Shown here one piece after another: positions 7,525-17,648 of a DNA stretch of 64,000 nucleotides. Location of the stretch: positions 1 through 64,000 of the IMG/VR virus record IMGVR_UViG_3300044641_004856; one strand, 5' to 3'. Every line of letters starts with the position of its first letter. The stretch's first letter is position 1. A program made the position numbers and the translations under genes. This DNA is from a virus. A model generated the notes under the pieces. That model did no database searches. It was not told the origin of the DNA and worked only from the letters and a program-made list of their open reading frames with translations.

Positions 7525-9123
7525 ATGTCTATTGATTTTAATGATGAGAAGTTTGAGGAAATTAATCCCGAACTTTACGCAGCAGAAGATGAAGAAGTTC
7601 CGCTACCCCCTGAAGAAAATGACTTAGATGAACTCTCGATTCAATTTGTTGAAAAACTAATAAATAAAATCTTAGAGTTTCAAGAAGTTCTTGTTGGGTA
7701 TCCTCTACACCCCTATCAACTTCCGTTAGCACGTCGTGTAATTGAGTCAGTTTTAATTAATGATGGTGAAGAAATTACAGCCCTTGCAGCACGTCAGTCA
7801 GGTAAATCTGAAACAGTTGCAAATACTGTTGCAACATTAATGATTCTTCTTCCACGTCTTGCAAAGTTATACCCAGATTTATTAGGTAAGTTTAAAGATG
7901 GACTTTGGGTTGGTTTGTTTGCACCAACAGAAGGTCAGGCAGAAACACTCTTTGGTCGTACTGTTACACGACTTACATCAGAGCGTGCATTAGAAATTCT
8001 TGGTGACCCTGAAATTGATGACTCTGCTGCACGTATTGGTGGAGTAACTCGAATGATTAAACTAAAGAAATCTGGCTCAACAATTACGATGATGACTGCA
8101 AACCCCCGTGCAAAAATTGAGTCTAAGTCTTTCCATTTGATTGTTATTGACGAGTGCCAAGAAGCAGATGACTTTGTTGTATCTAAGTCAATTTCCCCAA
8201 TGCTTGCTTACTATGCGGGAACTATGGTTAAAACAGGCACACCAACAACTAGCAAAAATAACTTTTATAGGGCTATTCAATTAAACAAGCGTCGTCAAAC
8301 AACTAGAGGTGCTAGACAAAACCATTTTCAATGGGACTGGAAAGATGTTGCTAAGTTTAATGAAAACTACTCCAAGTTTATAAAGAAAGAAACTTTGCGT
8401 ATTGGAGAAGATTCAGACGAGTTCCAAATGTCTTACAACTGCAAGTGGCTTCTTGAACGAGGTATGTTTGTAACTTCTGGAGTTATGGACGAACTAGGTG
8501 ATACTTCACAAGAACTAGTAAAGGTTTGGCACAAGACACCTGTGGTAGTTGGCATTGACCCTGCACGTAAGATGGACTCAACAGTTGTTACTGTTGTATG
8601 GGTTGACTGGGATAGGCCAGATGAGTTCGGTTATTTTGAACATCGAGTCTTAAACTGGCTGGAGTTACAGGGAGATGACTGGGAAGAACAGTACTTCCAA
8701 ATCGTTAACTTCTTAAGTAACTACGATGTTTTAGCAGTTGGTGTTGACGCTAATGGTGTTGGAGATGCTGTTGCACAGCGTCTTAGACTTTTATTGCCTA
8801 GAGCAGAAGTTGCTTCTATTACCTCTAGTGCTACTGAACAGTCACAAAGGTGGAAACACCTTCAAGCGTTAATCCAAAGAAAATTATTGGGTTACCCTGC
8901 CCACGCAAAAACACGTCGTTTAAGAACGTGGAAAAGGTTTTACCAACAGATGGTAGATGCTGAGGTTCAGTACAAGGGTCCTAACTTCCTTGTGGCTGCT
9001 CCTGATGAGTCTTACGCCCATGATGATTACGTTGATAGCCTCTCTATTGCCTGTGCTTTAACTAAGGACTTAGTTATGCCAGAGGTGGTTTTAACCAGTA
9101 GCCCGTTTTTCAGTAAAAATTAA
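7525..9123 (+). CDS. terL: Terminase large subunit
   Basis: Walker A ARQSGKS, Walker B IVIDECQ, TGT motif III, nuclease VGIDPA and HDDYVDS. Confidence 0.95.
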   Translation: MSIDFNDEKFEEINPELYAAEDEEVPLPPEENDLDELSIQFVEKLINKILEFQEVLVGYPLHPYQLPLARRVIESVLINDGEEITALAARQSGKSETVANTVATLMILLPRLAKLYPDLLGKFKDGLWVGLFAPTEGQAETLFGRTVTRLTSERALEILGDPEIDDSAARIGGVTRMIKLKKSGSTITMMTANPRAKIESKSFHLIVIDECQEADDFVVSKSISPMLAYYAGTMVKTGTPTTSKNNFYRAIQLNKRRQTTRGARQNHFQWDWKDVAKFNENYSKFIKKETLRIGEDSDEFQMSYNCKWLLERGMFVTSGVMDELGDTSQELVKVWHKTPVVVGIDPARKMDSTVVTVVWVDWDRPDEFGYFEHRVLNWLELQGDDWEEQYFQIVNFLSNYDVLAVGVDANGVGDAVAQRLRLLLPRAEVASITSSATEQSQRWKHLQALIQRKLLGYPAHAKTRRLRTWKRFYQQMVDAEVQYKGPNFLVAAPDESYAHDDYVDSLSIACALTKDLVMPEVVLTSSPFFSKN

Positions 9124-9214
9124 AACTGAGTTAACCCTTACTTATAGTAAAAAATCAGAGAAAATCATCTTTGGAATAGGCCATTCCGTCTTACTAACCT
9201 TATAAGGAGTCATA

Positions 9215-9610
9215 ATGACACTAGCACCAAACCCACAGTTCCCTGAGAAGGGTTCAAATGTTTACGAAATGAAAGAGGCAGGAAACGCATCACGTCGTGG
9301 TCCTCTTCGTTTTGAAGAAGGTATCGCAACTGATACTGATGTTCCAAATGATTTTGAACTAGGAATGCAGCAAGGTTTTGCTGCTGCTGCAGGTCGTCCA
9401 AACCGTAATGCTCCAGTCTGGCAAAAGACTGCTGCAGAAACTATGCAGGCACGTGCCCATGTTGGCTCTGCTGCATGGACAGAAGCACCAACATTCCTTG
9501 CTGAGTTCTCACACGGGTCTTTCACAGACTATGCAGAACAAAAGACTGAGGTTGTTGCACGCTCTGGTGGACGTACACAACGTACTTCTCCAACCGTAGT
9601 AAACGACTAA
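9215..9610 (+). CDS. Hypothetical protein, probably head-associated
   Basis: Strong TAAGGAG RBS; lies between terL and portal. Confidence 0.7.
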   Translation: MTLAPNPQFPEKGSNVYEMKEAGNASRRGPLRFEEGIATDTDVPNDFELGMQQGFAAAAGRPNRNAPVWQKTAAETMQARAHVGSAAWTEAPTFLAEFSHGSFTDYAEQKTEVVARSGGRTQRTSPTVVND

Positions 9611-9623
9611 AAGAGTTTTTTGT

Positions 9624-9659
9624 CTTTGACCCCCTAGGATTGTCCTAGGGGGAACAAAG
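9624..9659. other. GC-rich stem-loop (RNA stabiliser, processing site or terminator)
   Basis: CCCCCTAGGA-ttg-TCCTAGGGGG extended by CTTTG/CAAAG; no downstream T run. Confidence 0.55.
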
Positions 9660-9676
9660 TTGTAAAGGAAATAACT

Positions 9677-9958
9677 GTGGCTGAAAAACCTGCAAATCCA
9701 AAACTTTGGGAAATGGTGATTGCTCAAGCAAGAGCCAAATACTCAACGTACCCAAATCCTGCAGCAAGTCACTGGGTTCGAGAGAGATACACTCAAAGTG
9801 GTGGTAGATTTATAGACTCAAATAGTCCTATAGAACAAACAAAAAAACTTAATGAAAAACAATTTGCAAAACTGCAAAAAGAACGTGGAACTAAAAAAGA
9901 CGCAAAAGACGTGAAACGTAAAAAGGATAAGGGCGGAAAAAAGAGTGACACTAAGTAA
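9677..9958 (+). CDS. Small basic hypothetical protein
   Basis: KPANPKLW...YPNPAASHWV..Y...GG.F motif seen in small virion-module proteins; Lys-rich tail. Confidence 0.65.
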   Translation: MAEKPANPKLWEMVIAQARAKYSTYPNPAASHWVRERYTQSGGRFIDSNSPIEQTKKLNEKQFAKLQKERGTKKDAKDVKRKKDKGGKKSDTK

Positions 9959-9967
9959 GGTCATACG

Positions 9968-11707
9968 ATGAGTTTTGTTGACTTTTCTCCTCCCTCATAC
10001 AGAGCAGCCTCCTCTGATTTAACTATTTCAATTTCTCCACTTGGTTTAGTGGAACTAGCAGACGAAGAATTTGAAGTTCATGGTCCGCGTTTAAATCGCT
10101 ACTCTTTAAATTGGGCGATGTATTTAGGTCATCACTGGGGTTATCGCCGTGAACAAGGCGAAATGCAAATTGCAGTCAACTACTACAGAGCATTTACAGA
10201 CTATCTTTCTAGATTTACATTTGGCAAGGGAATTGGTTTCCGCAGCCCTAAAGCAACTGAAGCAATTGTTCCAGACCGTTTGCAACGAGTATGGGAAGTA
10301 GATAACGACAAAACTAGAGTTCTTTTAGAAATGGCACAACAAGGTGGAATCTCTGGAGATTGTTTTGTAAAAGTAGCCTATGAAGAACCGTGGACTGATG
10401 CAATTGGTCGAGTACACCCAGGAAAAGTTCGAGTTCTTCCTCTTAACTCCTCTTTCTCATTCCCAGAGTTTCATCCACACGACCGCAATCGTCTTTTAAG
10501 ATTTAAGCAGAAGTACCGTTTCTGGGGAACTTCTTTAGAGGGAACAAGACAGGTATTTACTTACACTGAGATTCTTACAGATGACCTTATTGAAGAATAC
10601 ATTAACGATGAACTTATTGACTCTCGTCCAAATCCCCTAGGAACAATTCCTGTTGTACATATTGCAAATATTCCTGTTGCTGGTTCTCCTTGGGGTTTAC
10701 CTGATTGCCATGACATTATCTCTATTAACCGTGCATACAATGAAATTTCAACAGATGTTGCAGACATTATTAACTACCACGCTGCACCTGTAACAGTTAT
10801 TGTTGGTGCAAAGGCTTCTAACCTTGAGAAGGGTCCCAAGAAAGTTTGGGGAGGTCTTCCTAAAGATTCACAGGTATTTAACCTAGAAGGTGGCGGAGCA
10901 GGAATCGAAGGTGCTCTAAAGTATCTTGAACTATTAAAGCGTTCTATGCACGAGTTAATGAACGTTCCAGAGACAGCACTGGGTCAAGTCCAACCAATTT
11001 CAAATACATCTGGTGTTGCACTTTCAATTCAGTATCAACCGCTTATGAATCGTTGGACTCAAAAGACGGCTCAGTATGGAATCGGCCTTGAGAAGATTAA
11101 TGAACTTATTATTTTAAACTTGGCAGTTAAAGAGCCAGAAACAATGATGTACAACCCAGATGAAGACGGTCCAATCAAAGAAGGTCAAATGGTTAAACTT
11201 GACCCTAACGACTCTCTTACCTATCAAAACAGCGTTCAGTTCCCACCTCCTCTTCCACTAGATAAGTTAATTATCCTTAACGAAGTACAAACTAAACTTG
11301 GCATGGGTCTTGAGTCTAAAGAAGGTGCTTTACGCACTTTGGGAGAAGAGTTCCCAGAAGAGAAACTACAAGAGATTCGTGAAGAACTTAAAGCGGAAGC
11401 ACTTTCAGATGGTGCTCTAACCTTGTTAAAGGTGCAGATTCAAAAAGAAATTCAAGATATGACTGGAATGATGCCAGGTCCTGGAGGAGATGGAGCAGTT
11501 CCACTGCAACCTACTCAACTAGGTGATGGCGACATTATGGGAGATAACCTCTCAGGTGCTCCAACCCCAGAAAATGCTGCCGACCCTGCTGCCCAAGAAA
11601 TGGCTATGACAGAGGCTAGTATGGAGATGGATATTCGGAACAAACTGCTGACCGAATCCTATGGAACGAAAATTCCACAGAGAAGAGCAGTAGATAGAAG
11701 TCAATAA
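9968..11707 (+). CDS. Portal protein (SPP1 gp6-like)
   Basis: 579 aa after terL; NPLGTIPVVH and NTSGVAL motifs. Confidence 0.9.
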   Translation: MSFVDFSPPSYRAASSDLTISISPLGLVELADEEFEVHGPRLNRYSLNWAMYLGHHWGYRREQGEMQIAVNYYRAFTDYLSRFTFGKGIGFRSPKATEAIVPDRLQRVWEVDNDKTRVLLEMAQQGGISGDCFVKVAYEEPWTDAIGRVHPGKVRVLPLNSSFSFPEFHPHDRNRLLRFKQKYRFWGTSLEGTRQVFTYTEILTDDLIEEYINDELIDSRPNPLGTIPVVHIANIPVAGSPWGLPDCHDIISINRAYNEISTDVADIINYHAAPVTVIVGAKASNLEKGPKKVWGGLPKDSQVFNLEGGGAGIEGALKYLELLKRSMHELMNVPETALGQVQPISNTSGVALSIQYQPLMNRWTQKTAQYGIGLEKINELIILNLAVKEPETMMYNPDEDGPIKEGQMVKLDPNDSLTYQNSVQFPPPLPLDKLIILNEVQTKLGMGLESKEGALRTLGEEFPEEKLQEIREELKAEALSDGALTLLKVQIQKEIQDMTGMMPGPGGDGAVPLQPTQLGDGDIMGDNLSGAPTPENAADPAAQEMAMTEASMEMDIRNKLLTESYGTKIPQRRAVDRSQ

Positions 11708-11838
11708 ATTTCAGATGAAAAATCTGATTTAGCCTGACAAACACTTCGAAATGTTGTGCAATTATCAGGTAAGAAATGTGGGACACGCGGGTAAAACCGC
11801 ATTCGGACAATAACCAAGGAAACGGATACGCAATTACT

Positions 11839-12597
11839 ATGGAAAACACTGAAGTACAAGAAGTACAGATTGAGTCAGTAGTGCAAGAGACTGCTACTCC
11901 TATCGTGGAAAGTAAGGCTTCTAAGGAAGCAACTGACTTTGGCTTTTCAGCCGAAGACCTATCTCGTGCTCGTGCACAAGAAAAGGAAAAGTTGTATCCG
12001 CAAATGGAAAAACTAAAAGAAGAACTTGCTACCTTGAAGAAGGAGCGCGATGAGAAGGCAGAGCAAGAAGAAATTGCTCGTCAACAGCAGGCTGAACTTG
12101 AGGAAAAGAAACTAGAAGCAGACATGGACATCCGTCAACTTCTAGAGAAAAAGGAAAAAGAATTTCAGACTCAGTTAGAAGCAGAGCGTCTCGAAAGAGA
12201 ACGAGCATTTGCTCTACTTGAGCAAGAAAAACATTTTCAAGAAGTAATGCAGTACCGTCAACAAAGAATTGAGCAGGAGCGTGAAAACGTAATTCCTGAA
12301 CTCATTGATTTGATTGAGGGTAACAACCGTGATGAAATCGAGCAGAGCATCGCGTCATTGAAAGATAAATCTGCTCGTATTCTCGACTCTGCACAGCAGG
12401 CTTTACAGTCTACTCGCAGGGAAATGGCAGGAACACGTATTACGTCTCCTGCATCAGGACCTCTCGATAATGATTCGGAACAACGTTCGTACTCTCCCGA
12501 AAGTATTCGGGAAATGTCATTGGCGGATTACGCGAAGCAACGAGCCAAACTACTTGGCGAAGCAGCAGGTAATCGTGGTAAGGGACTGTTCGGGTAA
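11839..12597 (+). CDS. Capsid scaffolding protein
   Basis: Acidic coiled coil ending IREMSLADYAKQRAKLLG, directly before the capsid gene; start placed at ATG 11839. Confidence 0.8.
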   Translation: MENTEVQEVQIESVVQETATPIVESKASKEATDFGFSAEDLSRARAQEKEKLYPQMEKLKEELATLKKERDEKAEQEEIARQQQAELEEKKLEADMDIRQLLEKKEKEFQTQLEAERLERERAFALLEQEKHFQEVMQYRQQRIEQERENVIPELIDLIEGNNRDEIEQSIASLKDKSARILDSAQQALQSTRREMAGTRITSPASGPLDNDSEQRSYSPESIREMSLADYAKQRAKLLGEAAGNRGKGLFG

Positions 12598-12646
12598 AAC
12601 CAAACAAACTAGATTATCCAACTAACAAGAAAGGACTGATACCAAC

Positions 12647-13771
12647 ATGGCATCAGCGATTACAGGCACCAGTGAATTAGCAGGAGCACCTACCGCATAT
12701 AGTGGTTCAAACTCCAGCCTATCCACAGCAATTCAGACCATCTGGTCTAAAGAAATTTTATTCCAAGCAATGCCAATTCTGCGTTTCGAGCAGTTTGCAG
12801 TTAAGAAGACTGAACTAGGTGTAGCACCTGGTCTTCGTGTGAACTTCCTACGTTACAAGAACTTTGCTGTAGACCCAGCACCACTTACAGAAGGTGTACG
12901 TCTAACAACAAACGCTCTTACAGCAGAACAAATTGCAATCACAGTTGCAGAACACGGCTACGCAGTAGCAGTTTCTGAACTACTTCTTAACGCATCATTC
13001 GATGACGTTATGGCATCATCTTCACGTCTTCTAGGTCGCCACATGGCACAGTACCTAGATGTACAGGCACGTAACACACTAGGTGCTGCAACATCTGCAG
13101 TATTTGGTTACGACCGTACAGGCGTATCAGCAGGGTCACAGTCATTCTACGACGAAGGCTCAAAGGCAACATCAATCTCAACCATCACAGCCAACCACAA
13201 GTTGACTACTGGTTCTGTCAAGGATGCTGCACTTACCCTTGCTTCAAAGAACATTCCTCGCTTAGGTGAGACATACGTAATGTTCATCAATCCAAAGCAG
13301 TCACGTGACATTCGTTCGAACCCAGAGTTCATCGAAGTTACAAAGTACGCTGCTCCAGGAAACTTCATGCTAGGTGAAATCGGTCGTCTATACGACGTAG
13401 TATTCATCGAAACAACTCAGGTTAAGTCATACGCATCAGGAGCAGTTGTTAACGAGACTGCAAACGTTGGTGCACCTGCTGACCAGACTGAAGTTCCAGT
13501 AAAGGCAAACACAAACCCAGGTTCAGGTGGAAACCCAACAGGTTCAACTTCACCAAACCCTGCTGGTTCATCTGCTGGCACTGCAGCAACAACTGTCTAC
13601 GAGTCAATCATGATTGGTGACAACGCATTCGGTCACGCAATTTCCCTTCCAGTTGAACTTCGCGATGGTGGCGTTCTTGACTTCGGTCGTGAGCACGCTC
13701 TTGCTTGGTACGCAATTTGGGGTCTTGGCGTAATCACAGACCAAGCAATTTGTAAGGTCTTCACCGCTTAA
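12647..13771 (+). CDS. Major capsid protein (N4-gp56 family)
   Basis: LRFEQFA, PLTEGV, GEIGRLYDVVFIET and DFGREHALAWY motifs; highly biased codons. Confidence 0.93.
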   Translation: MASAITGTSELAGAPTAYSGSNSSLSTAIQTIWSKEILFQAMPILRFEQFAVKKTELGVAPGLRVNFLRYKNFAVDPAPLTEGVRLTTNALTAEQIAITVAEHGYAVAVSELLLNASFDDVMASSSRLLGRHMAQYLDVQARNTLGAATSAVFGYDRTGVSAGSQSFYDEGSKATSISTITANHKLTTGSVKDAALTLASKNIPRLGETYVMFINPKQSRDIRSNPEFIEVTKYAAPGNFMLGEIGRLYDVVFIETTQVKSYASGAVVNETANVGAPADQTEVPVKANTNPGSGGNPTGSTSPNPAGSSAGTAATTVYESIMIGDNAFGHAISLPVELRDGGVLDFGREHALAWYAIWGLGVITDQAICKVFTA

Positions 13772-13783
13772 TTAAATAAGCAT

Positions 13784-13827
13784 TGGTCGGAAGAGTCCCA
13801 TACTCCTTCTTTGGGACTCTTCCGCCA
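13784..13827 (+). promoter_or_regulatory. Stem-loop after the capsid gene with an anti-SD-like loop
   Basis: CGGAAGAGTCCCA-tactccttctt-TGGGACTCTTCCG; no T tract. Confidence 0.6.
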
Positions 13828-13864
13828 CAAAAATTAACAAAACAAACACAAGGAGAAATACATC

Positions 13865-14236
13865 GTGGCAAACAAAGCAACTAGTCCTTTGGACGCAACA
13901 GGGCGTGCACAGGAACAAGCAACTAAAGAAAATGCAGAAGCACTCCGTAAGCGTAAGGAAGAAATTTCTACCGCAAACAGAGTTGAGGCTGAACTTCTGG
14001 AGACTGCGGTCTTTGACCCAAAGAGTCCAGAGAAACCAATTGTTCTAGACGAAATCGTAGAAGTTGGCGTAACACTTGCAAATGATAAAGTTGTTATCCG
14101 AACCATCACAGACATTGAAGAAATGACTTGGGGCGTAGGAAACACATACAACTTTAAAGCAGGAGTTAAGTATTCAGTTCCATCAGAACTGGCTAACTAC
14201 CTTGAAGGTCTAGGTTATATTTGGCGACCAAACTAA
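13865..14236 (+). CDS. Hypothetical head-associated protein
   Basis: GTG start with AAGGAG; follows the capsid gene. Confidence 0.7.
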   Translation: MANKATSPLDATGRAQEQATKENAEALRKRKEEISTANRVEAELLETAVFDPKSPEKPIVLDEIVEVGVTLANDKVVIRTITDIEEMTWGVGNTYNFKAGVKYSVPSELANYLEGLGYIWRPN

Positions 14237-14265
14237 ACAATCTGTTTAGTTGTCGTCAATACTCT

Positions 14266-14312
14266 GGTTACTCCTCTAGTTTCTGCCCTCCTCCTAGAGG
14301 AGTAACCTTTTT
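14266..14312 (+). terminator. Intrinsic terminator with a pyrimidine-rich loop
   Basis: GGTTACTCCTCTAG-14 nt-CTAGAGGAGTAACC-TTTTT; a second hairpin (~14221-14259) covers the upstream stop codon. Confidence 0.75.
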
Positions 14313-14375
14313 AATGCTGATTAAATCTGGTTAATACGGAATCATTAGCATCTAGAGTTTAAGCACGGAGGATAC

Positions 14376-15431
14376 GTGGCAACAGCGTCTAACTTAGCCG
14401 AAATGGTTAGGTCCGAAATAGGAGACTCCTCTAAGTCTTTTGTTATGCAGTTTATTGCAGATGGTACAACAAATAGATTTGGTCTTCACTACTCTCCAGT
14501 AGATGCAGCAAGCCTGTACGTAAGATTTGATGATTCCAATGTTTCCAACGATGTTTCCGTAGAGGAAGCAACAGGAGTTTTAGTAACAGATGTGATTCCA
14601 CCAGATGGCACTGAAATCACAGTTGCTGGTAATTACTTTAGATACTTTACACCAGCAGAAATTAATCGCTTTGTAGAAAACGCTGTATTGCAGCATTCAA
14701 ATAATAGAACAGACTCTTTAGGAAGAATTCAAACTCTTGAAAATCTTCCTCCAGTAGAGGTTTATCCAGTATCTCTTCTTGCAAGCACACTTGCTCTTTA
14801 CACTTTAGCAACTGATGCTTCATTCGACATTAACGTCTTTGCTCCAGACGGTGTGACAATTCCACGTTCTGAGCGTTACCGTCAATTAATGGATATGATT
14901 CAAGCACGCAAAGACCAATACCGCGAACTATGTGTTCTGCTTGGTATCGGTATGTATCGTATTGAGGTATTTACATTCCGCAGAATTTCTAAGACAACAA
15001 ATCACTACGTACCAGTTTATCGACCACAGGAGGTGGATGATTACTCTTACCCAGAAAGAATCGAACTTGCCCGACCTACCTATGGCGACCAGCCCTCAGA
15101 ACGACCTTATGACTCTGTGGACCTTACTGCCTATCAAGATGTGGCGTTTACGTACTCTATTCCGTTCGTCGGAAGCCTCGTCACACGAGGAGTAGTAGCA
15201 AATATTCGTTGGAAAGCAGGAGTTTTACAAAGTCACATGCCGTTTACTGTGACAGTTACTACCTCTCCAACCGATAATACAAGCCATACGATTACTTTAA
15301 GTTTGACCAAGGACCAGACCAAAAGACTTGCACAGCGTATGTACTGGGACATCGAGTTAGTTAGTGATAACGGAACTCGAGAAACATACAAGGCTGGCAA
15401 ACTATTTACAGTGCGTGAGGTGACAACGTAA
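14376..15431 (+). CDS. Head-tail adaptor/neck protein with extra domains
   Basis: [12 protein letters not shown]-terminus and [14 protein letters not shown]; C-terminal BppU-like [10 protein letters not shown]...YWDIEL...[10 protein letters not shown]. Confidence 0.6.
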   Translation: MATASNLAEMVRSEIGDSSKSFVMQFIADGTTNRFGLHYSPVDAASLYVRFDDSNVSNDVSVEEATGVLVTDVIPPDGTEITVAGNYFRYFTPAEINRFVENAVLQHSNNRTDSLGRIQTLENLPPVEVYPVSLLASTLALYTLATDASFDINVFAPDGVTIPRSERYRQLMDMIQARKDQYRELCVLLGIGMYRIEVFTFRRISKTTNHYVPVYRPQEVDDYSYPERIELARPTYGDQPSERPYDSVDLTAYQDVAFTYSIPFVGSLVTRGVVANIRWKAGVLQSHMPFTVTVTTSPTDNTSHTITLSLTKDQTKRLAQRMYWDIELVSDNGTRETYKAGKLFTVREVTT

Positions 15432-17575
15432 TGCCTATTGACCCAAATAGCCCTCTCTATCCAGAGATTGACCCTGCACTTTTACCTGGAGTTCCTACAA
15501 CTCGAGGACCTCGTGGTTATCAAGGACCAACAGGACCAACAGGTCCACAAGGTCCTGCAGGTTCTGCTTCTGCAACTGGTGCAACTGGTGCAACAGGAGC
15601 AACTGGTGCGACAGGTGCAACAGGACCACAAGGTCCTACTGGTGCAGTTGGTCCACAAGGTTTAACTGGATTTACTGGTCCACAAGGTGCAACTGGTCCT
15701 ACTGGTGCTGACTCTCTTGTAACTGGTCCTACTGGTGCTGCAGGAGCAACAGGACCTACTGGTGCGATGGGTTCTACTGGTGCTACAGGTGCAATGGGTG
15801 CGACAGGACCAACAGGTCAACAAGGTATTCAAGGTCCACAAGGTATTCAAGGTGTAACTGGTCCGACTGGTGCATCTGGTGTTGCTGGTAATACAGGAGC
15901 AACTGGACCAACTGGTTCACAAGGTATTCAAGGACCAACAGGACCTACTGGTGCTACTGGTGCTGCTTCAACAGTAACTGGACCTACAGGTCCGACTGGT
16001 GCACAAGGTGCACTTGGTTTTACTGGACCTACAGGTTCTACTGGACCTACAGGACCAACAGGTGCTGCTTCAACAGTTACAGGACCTACAGGTAACACAG
16101 GACCTACAGGACCTACAGGACCTACTGGTGCACAAGGAACTGCTGTAACAATTAAGGGTGAGTATGCCGATGAAGCAACTTTACTTGCTGCTCGTCCTAC
16201 AGGAAATTTTGGCGATGCTTATTTAATCGCAAGTGGTGATTTGTATGTTTGGACTCCAAACTCAACTCCACCAAACTTTGGTACATGGAATAACGTTGGA
16301 AACATTCAAGGACCAACAGGACCTCGAGGTTTTACTGGACCAACTGGTGCTGAAGGTGCTGCTTCAACAGTAACTGGACCAACAGGTTCTACTGGTCCTA
16401 CAGGAGCCACTGGTGCTACTGGTGCTGCTTCAACCGTAACTGGTCCTACAGGTGCAACAGGTCCTACTGGTGCAACTGGTCCTACTGGTGCTACTGGTGC
16501 TGCTTCAACCGTAACTGGTCCTACAGGTTCTACTGGACCAACAGGAGCAACTGGTGCAGCCTCAACTGTTACTGGTCCAACAGGTGCTACTGGACCAACA
16601 GGTCCAACTGGAGCAACTGGTCAAGATGGTACATCTATTAACCTTAAGGGAACTGTTGCAGCAGTTGAGAATCTTCCTGCAACAGGAAATACAAATGGTG
16701 ATGCTTACCTTGTAACTGCAACAGGAAATATTTGGATTTGGTCAGGAAGTGCTTGGACAGATGGTGGACCATTCCGTGGTCCAACTGGTGCGACTGGACC
16801 TACTGGTCCAACTGGAGCCACTGGTGCTGCCTCTACTGTTACAGGACCGACTGGTGCTACAGGACCTACTGGTGCTACTGGACCAACAGGTGCACAAGGC
16901 CCAACAGGTGCACGTAACGGAACAACCTTTAAGATTACAAATAATGGTGCGGGAACACAATTTTTAGTTGAAGGTATTCCAGGAGACACACCAACACTTG
17001 ATGTTGTTCGTGGAGAAACTTACTACTTTGATTTAAGTGCTGTGCCTATTACAGACTCTTTCACAATTCGCTTTAACTTAACAGATACTGCAAACCCAAT
17101 TCCTGGAATGGTTGGAAACAACATTTCTACAGGAGCCTACGGTGGCAGTACTCCAAACATTATTACCTACACAGTTCCTCTTGATGCTCCAGCAAACTTA
17201 GTTTACCGAAGCGTTCAAGATGCAACTCAAGTTGGTGTCATTGCTATCTATGATAAGCGTGGTCCTACAGGACCTACTGGTCCACAGGGTGTAACTGGTC
17301 CTACGGGTGCAGCATCAACCGTTACGGGTCCTACGGGTCCTACAGGTCCTACTGGTCCTACTGGTCCTGTTGGTCAATTCACTGCCTCAGAAAGTGCTCC
17401 TACTGTTGAAAGTGCAGAAGCAGGTGATGCTTGGTTTAACACTCAAAATGCAAAAACTTACGTATTCTTTAATAATGCGTGGGTAGAGGTTGCTTCAGGA
17501 AACCTTGGTCCTACTGGTCCACAAGGACAGGCTGGTTCATTAGCACTATCTACAATGTGGTGGTTAGGAGCATGA
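15431..17575 (+). CDS. Collagen-like fibre protein (GPT/GAT repeats)
   Basis: Long Gly-X-Thr runs broken by two GDAYL..TG.L..W knobs and a cupredoxin-like domain; TAATG coupling to the adaptor gene. Confidence 0.85.
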   Translation: MPIDPNSPLYPEIDPALLPGVPTTRGPRGYQGPTGPTGPQGPAGSASATGATGATGATGATGATGPQGPTGAVGPQGLTGFTGPQGATGPTGADSLVTGPTGAAGATGPTGAMGSTGATGAMGATGPTGQQGIQGPQGIQGVTGPTGASGVAGNTGATGPTGSQGIQGPTGPTGATGAASTVTGPTGPTGAQGALGFTGPTGSTGPTGPTGAASTVTGPTGNTGPTGPTGPTGAQGTAVTIKGEYADEATLLAARPTGNFGDAYLIASGDLYVWTPNSTPPNFGTWNNVGNIQGPTGPRGFTGPTGAEGAASTVTGPTGSTGPTGATGATGAASTVTGPTGATGPTGATGPTGATGAASTVTGPTGSTGPTGATGAASTVTGPTGATGPTGPTGATGQDGTSINLKGTVAAVENLPATGNTNGDAYLVTATGNIWIWSGSAWTDGGPFRGPTGATGPTGPTGATGAASTVTGPTGATGPTGATGPTGAQGPTGARNGTTFKITNNGAGTQFLVEGIPGDTPTLDVVRGETYYFDLSAVPITDSFTIRFNLTDTANPIPGMVGNNISTGAYGGSTPNIITYTVPLDAPANLVYRSVQDATQVGVIAIYDKRGPTGPTGPQGVTGPTGAASTVTGPTGPTGPTGPTGPVGQFTASESAPTVESAEAGDAWFNTQNAKTYVFFNNAWVEVASGNLGPTGPQGQAGSLALSTMWWLGA

Positions 17576-17648
17576 TGTTTACACAGTTAAATACAAAATT
17601 ACTTAGTAAAGTATGCAAGATGATTACAGAGAAGGATGGTCGTAACTA

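Noticed and set aside
7525-9123. Inteins or introns in terL (also checked by eye: dnaB, polA, recA)
   Set aside because: Normal lengths, contiguous motifs and no splicing signatures
9150-9170. Shared phage late-promoter motif (GAAAAT/CAAAAT/CAAGAT at ~4080, ~9160, ~17617, ~44393)
   Set aside because: Too short and AT-rich to separate from chance by eye; needs MEME plus TSS data
15438-16989. Alternative-frame and antisense ORFs over the collagen genes (also 26847-27671)
   Set aside because: Stop-free by-products of GGW-CCW-ACW repeats
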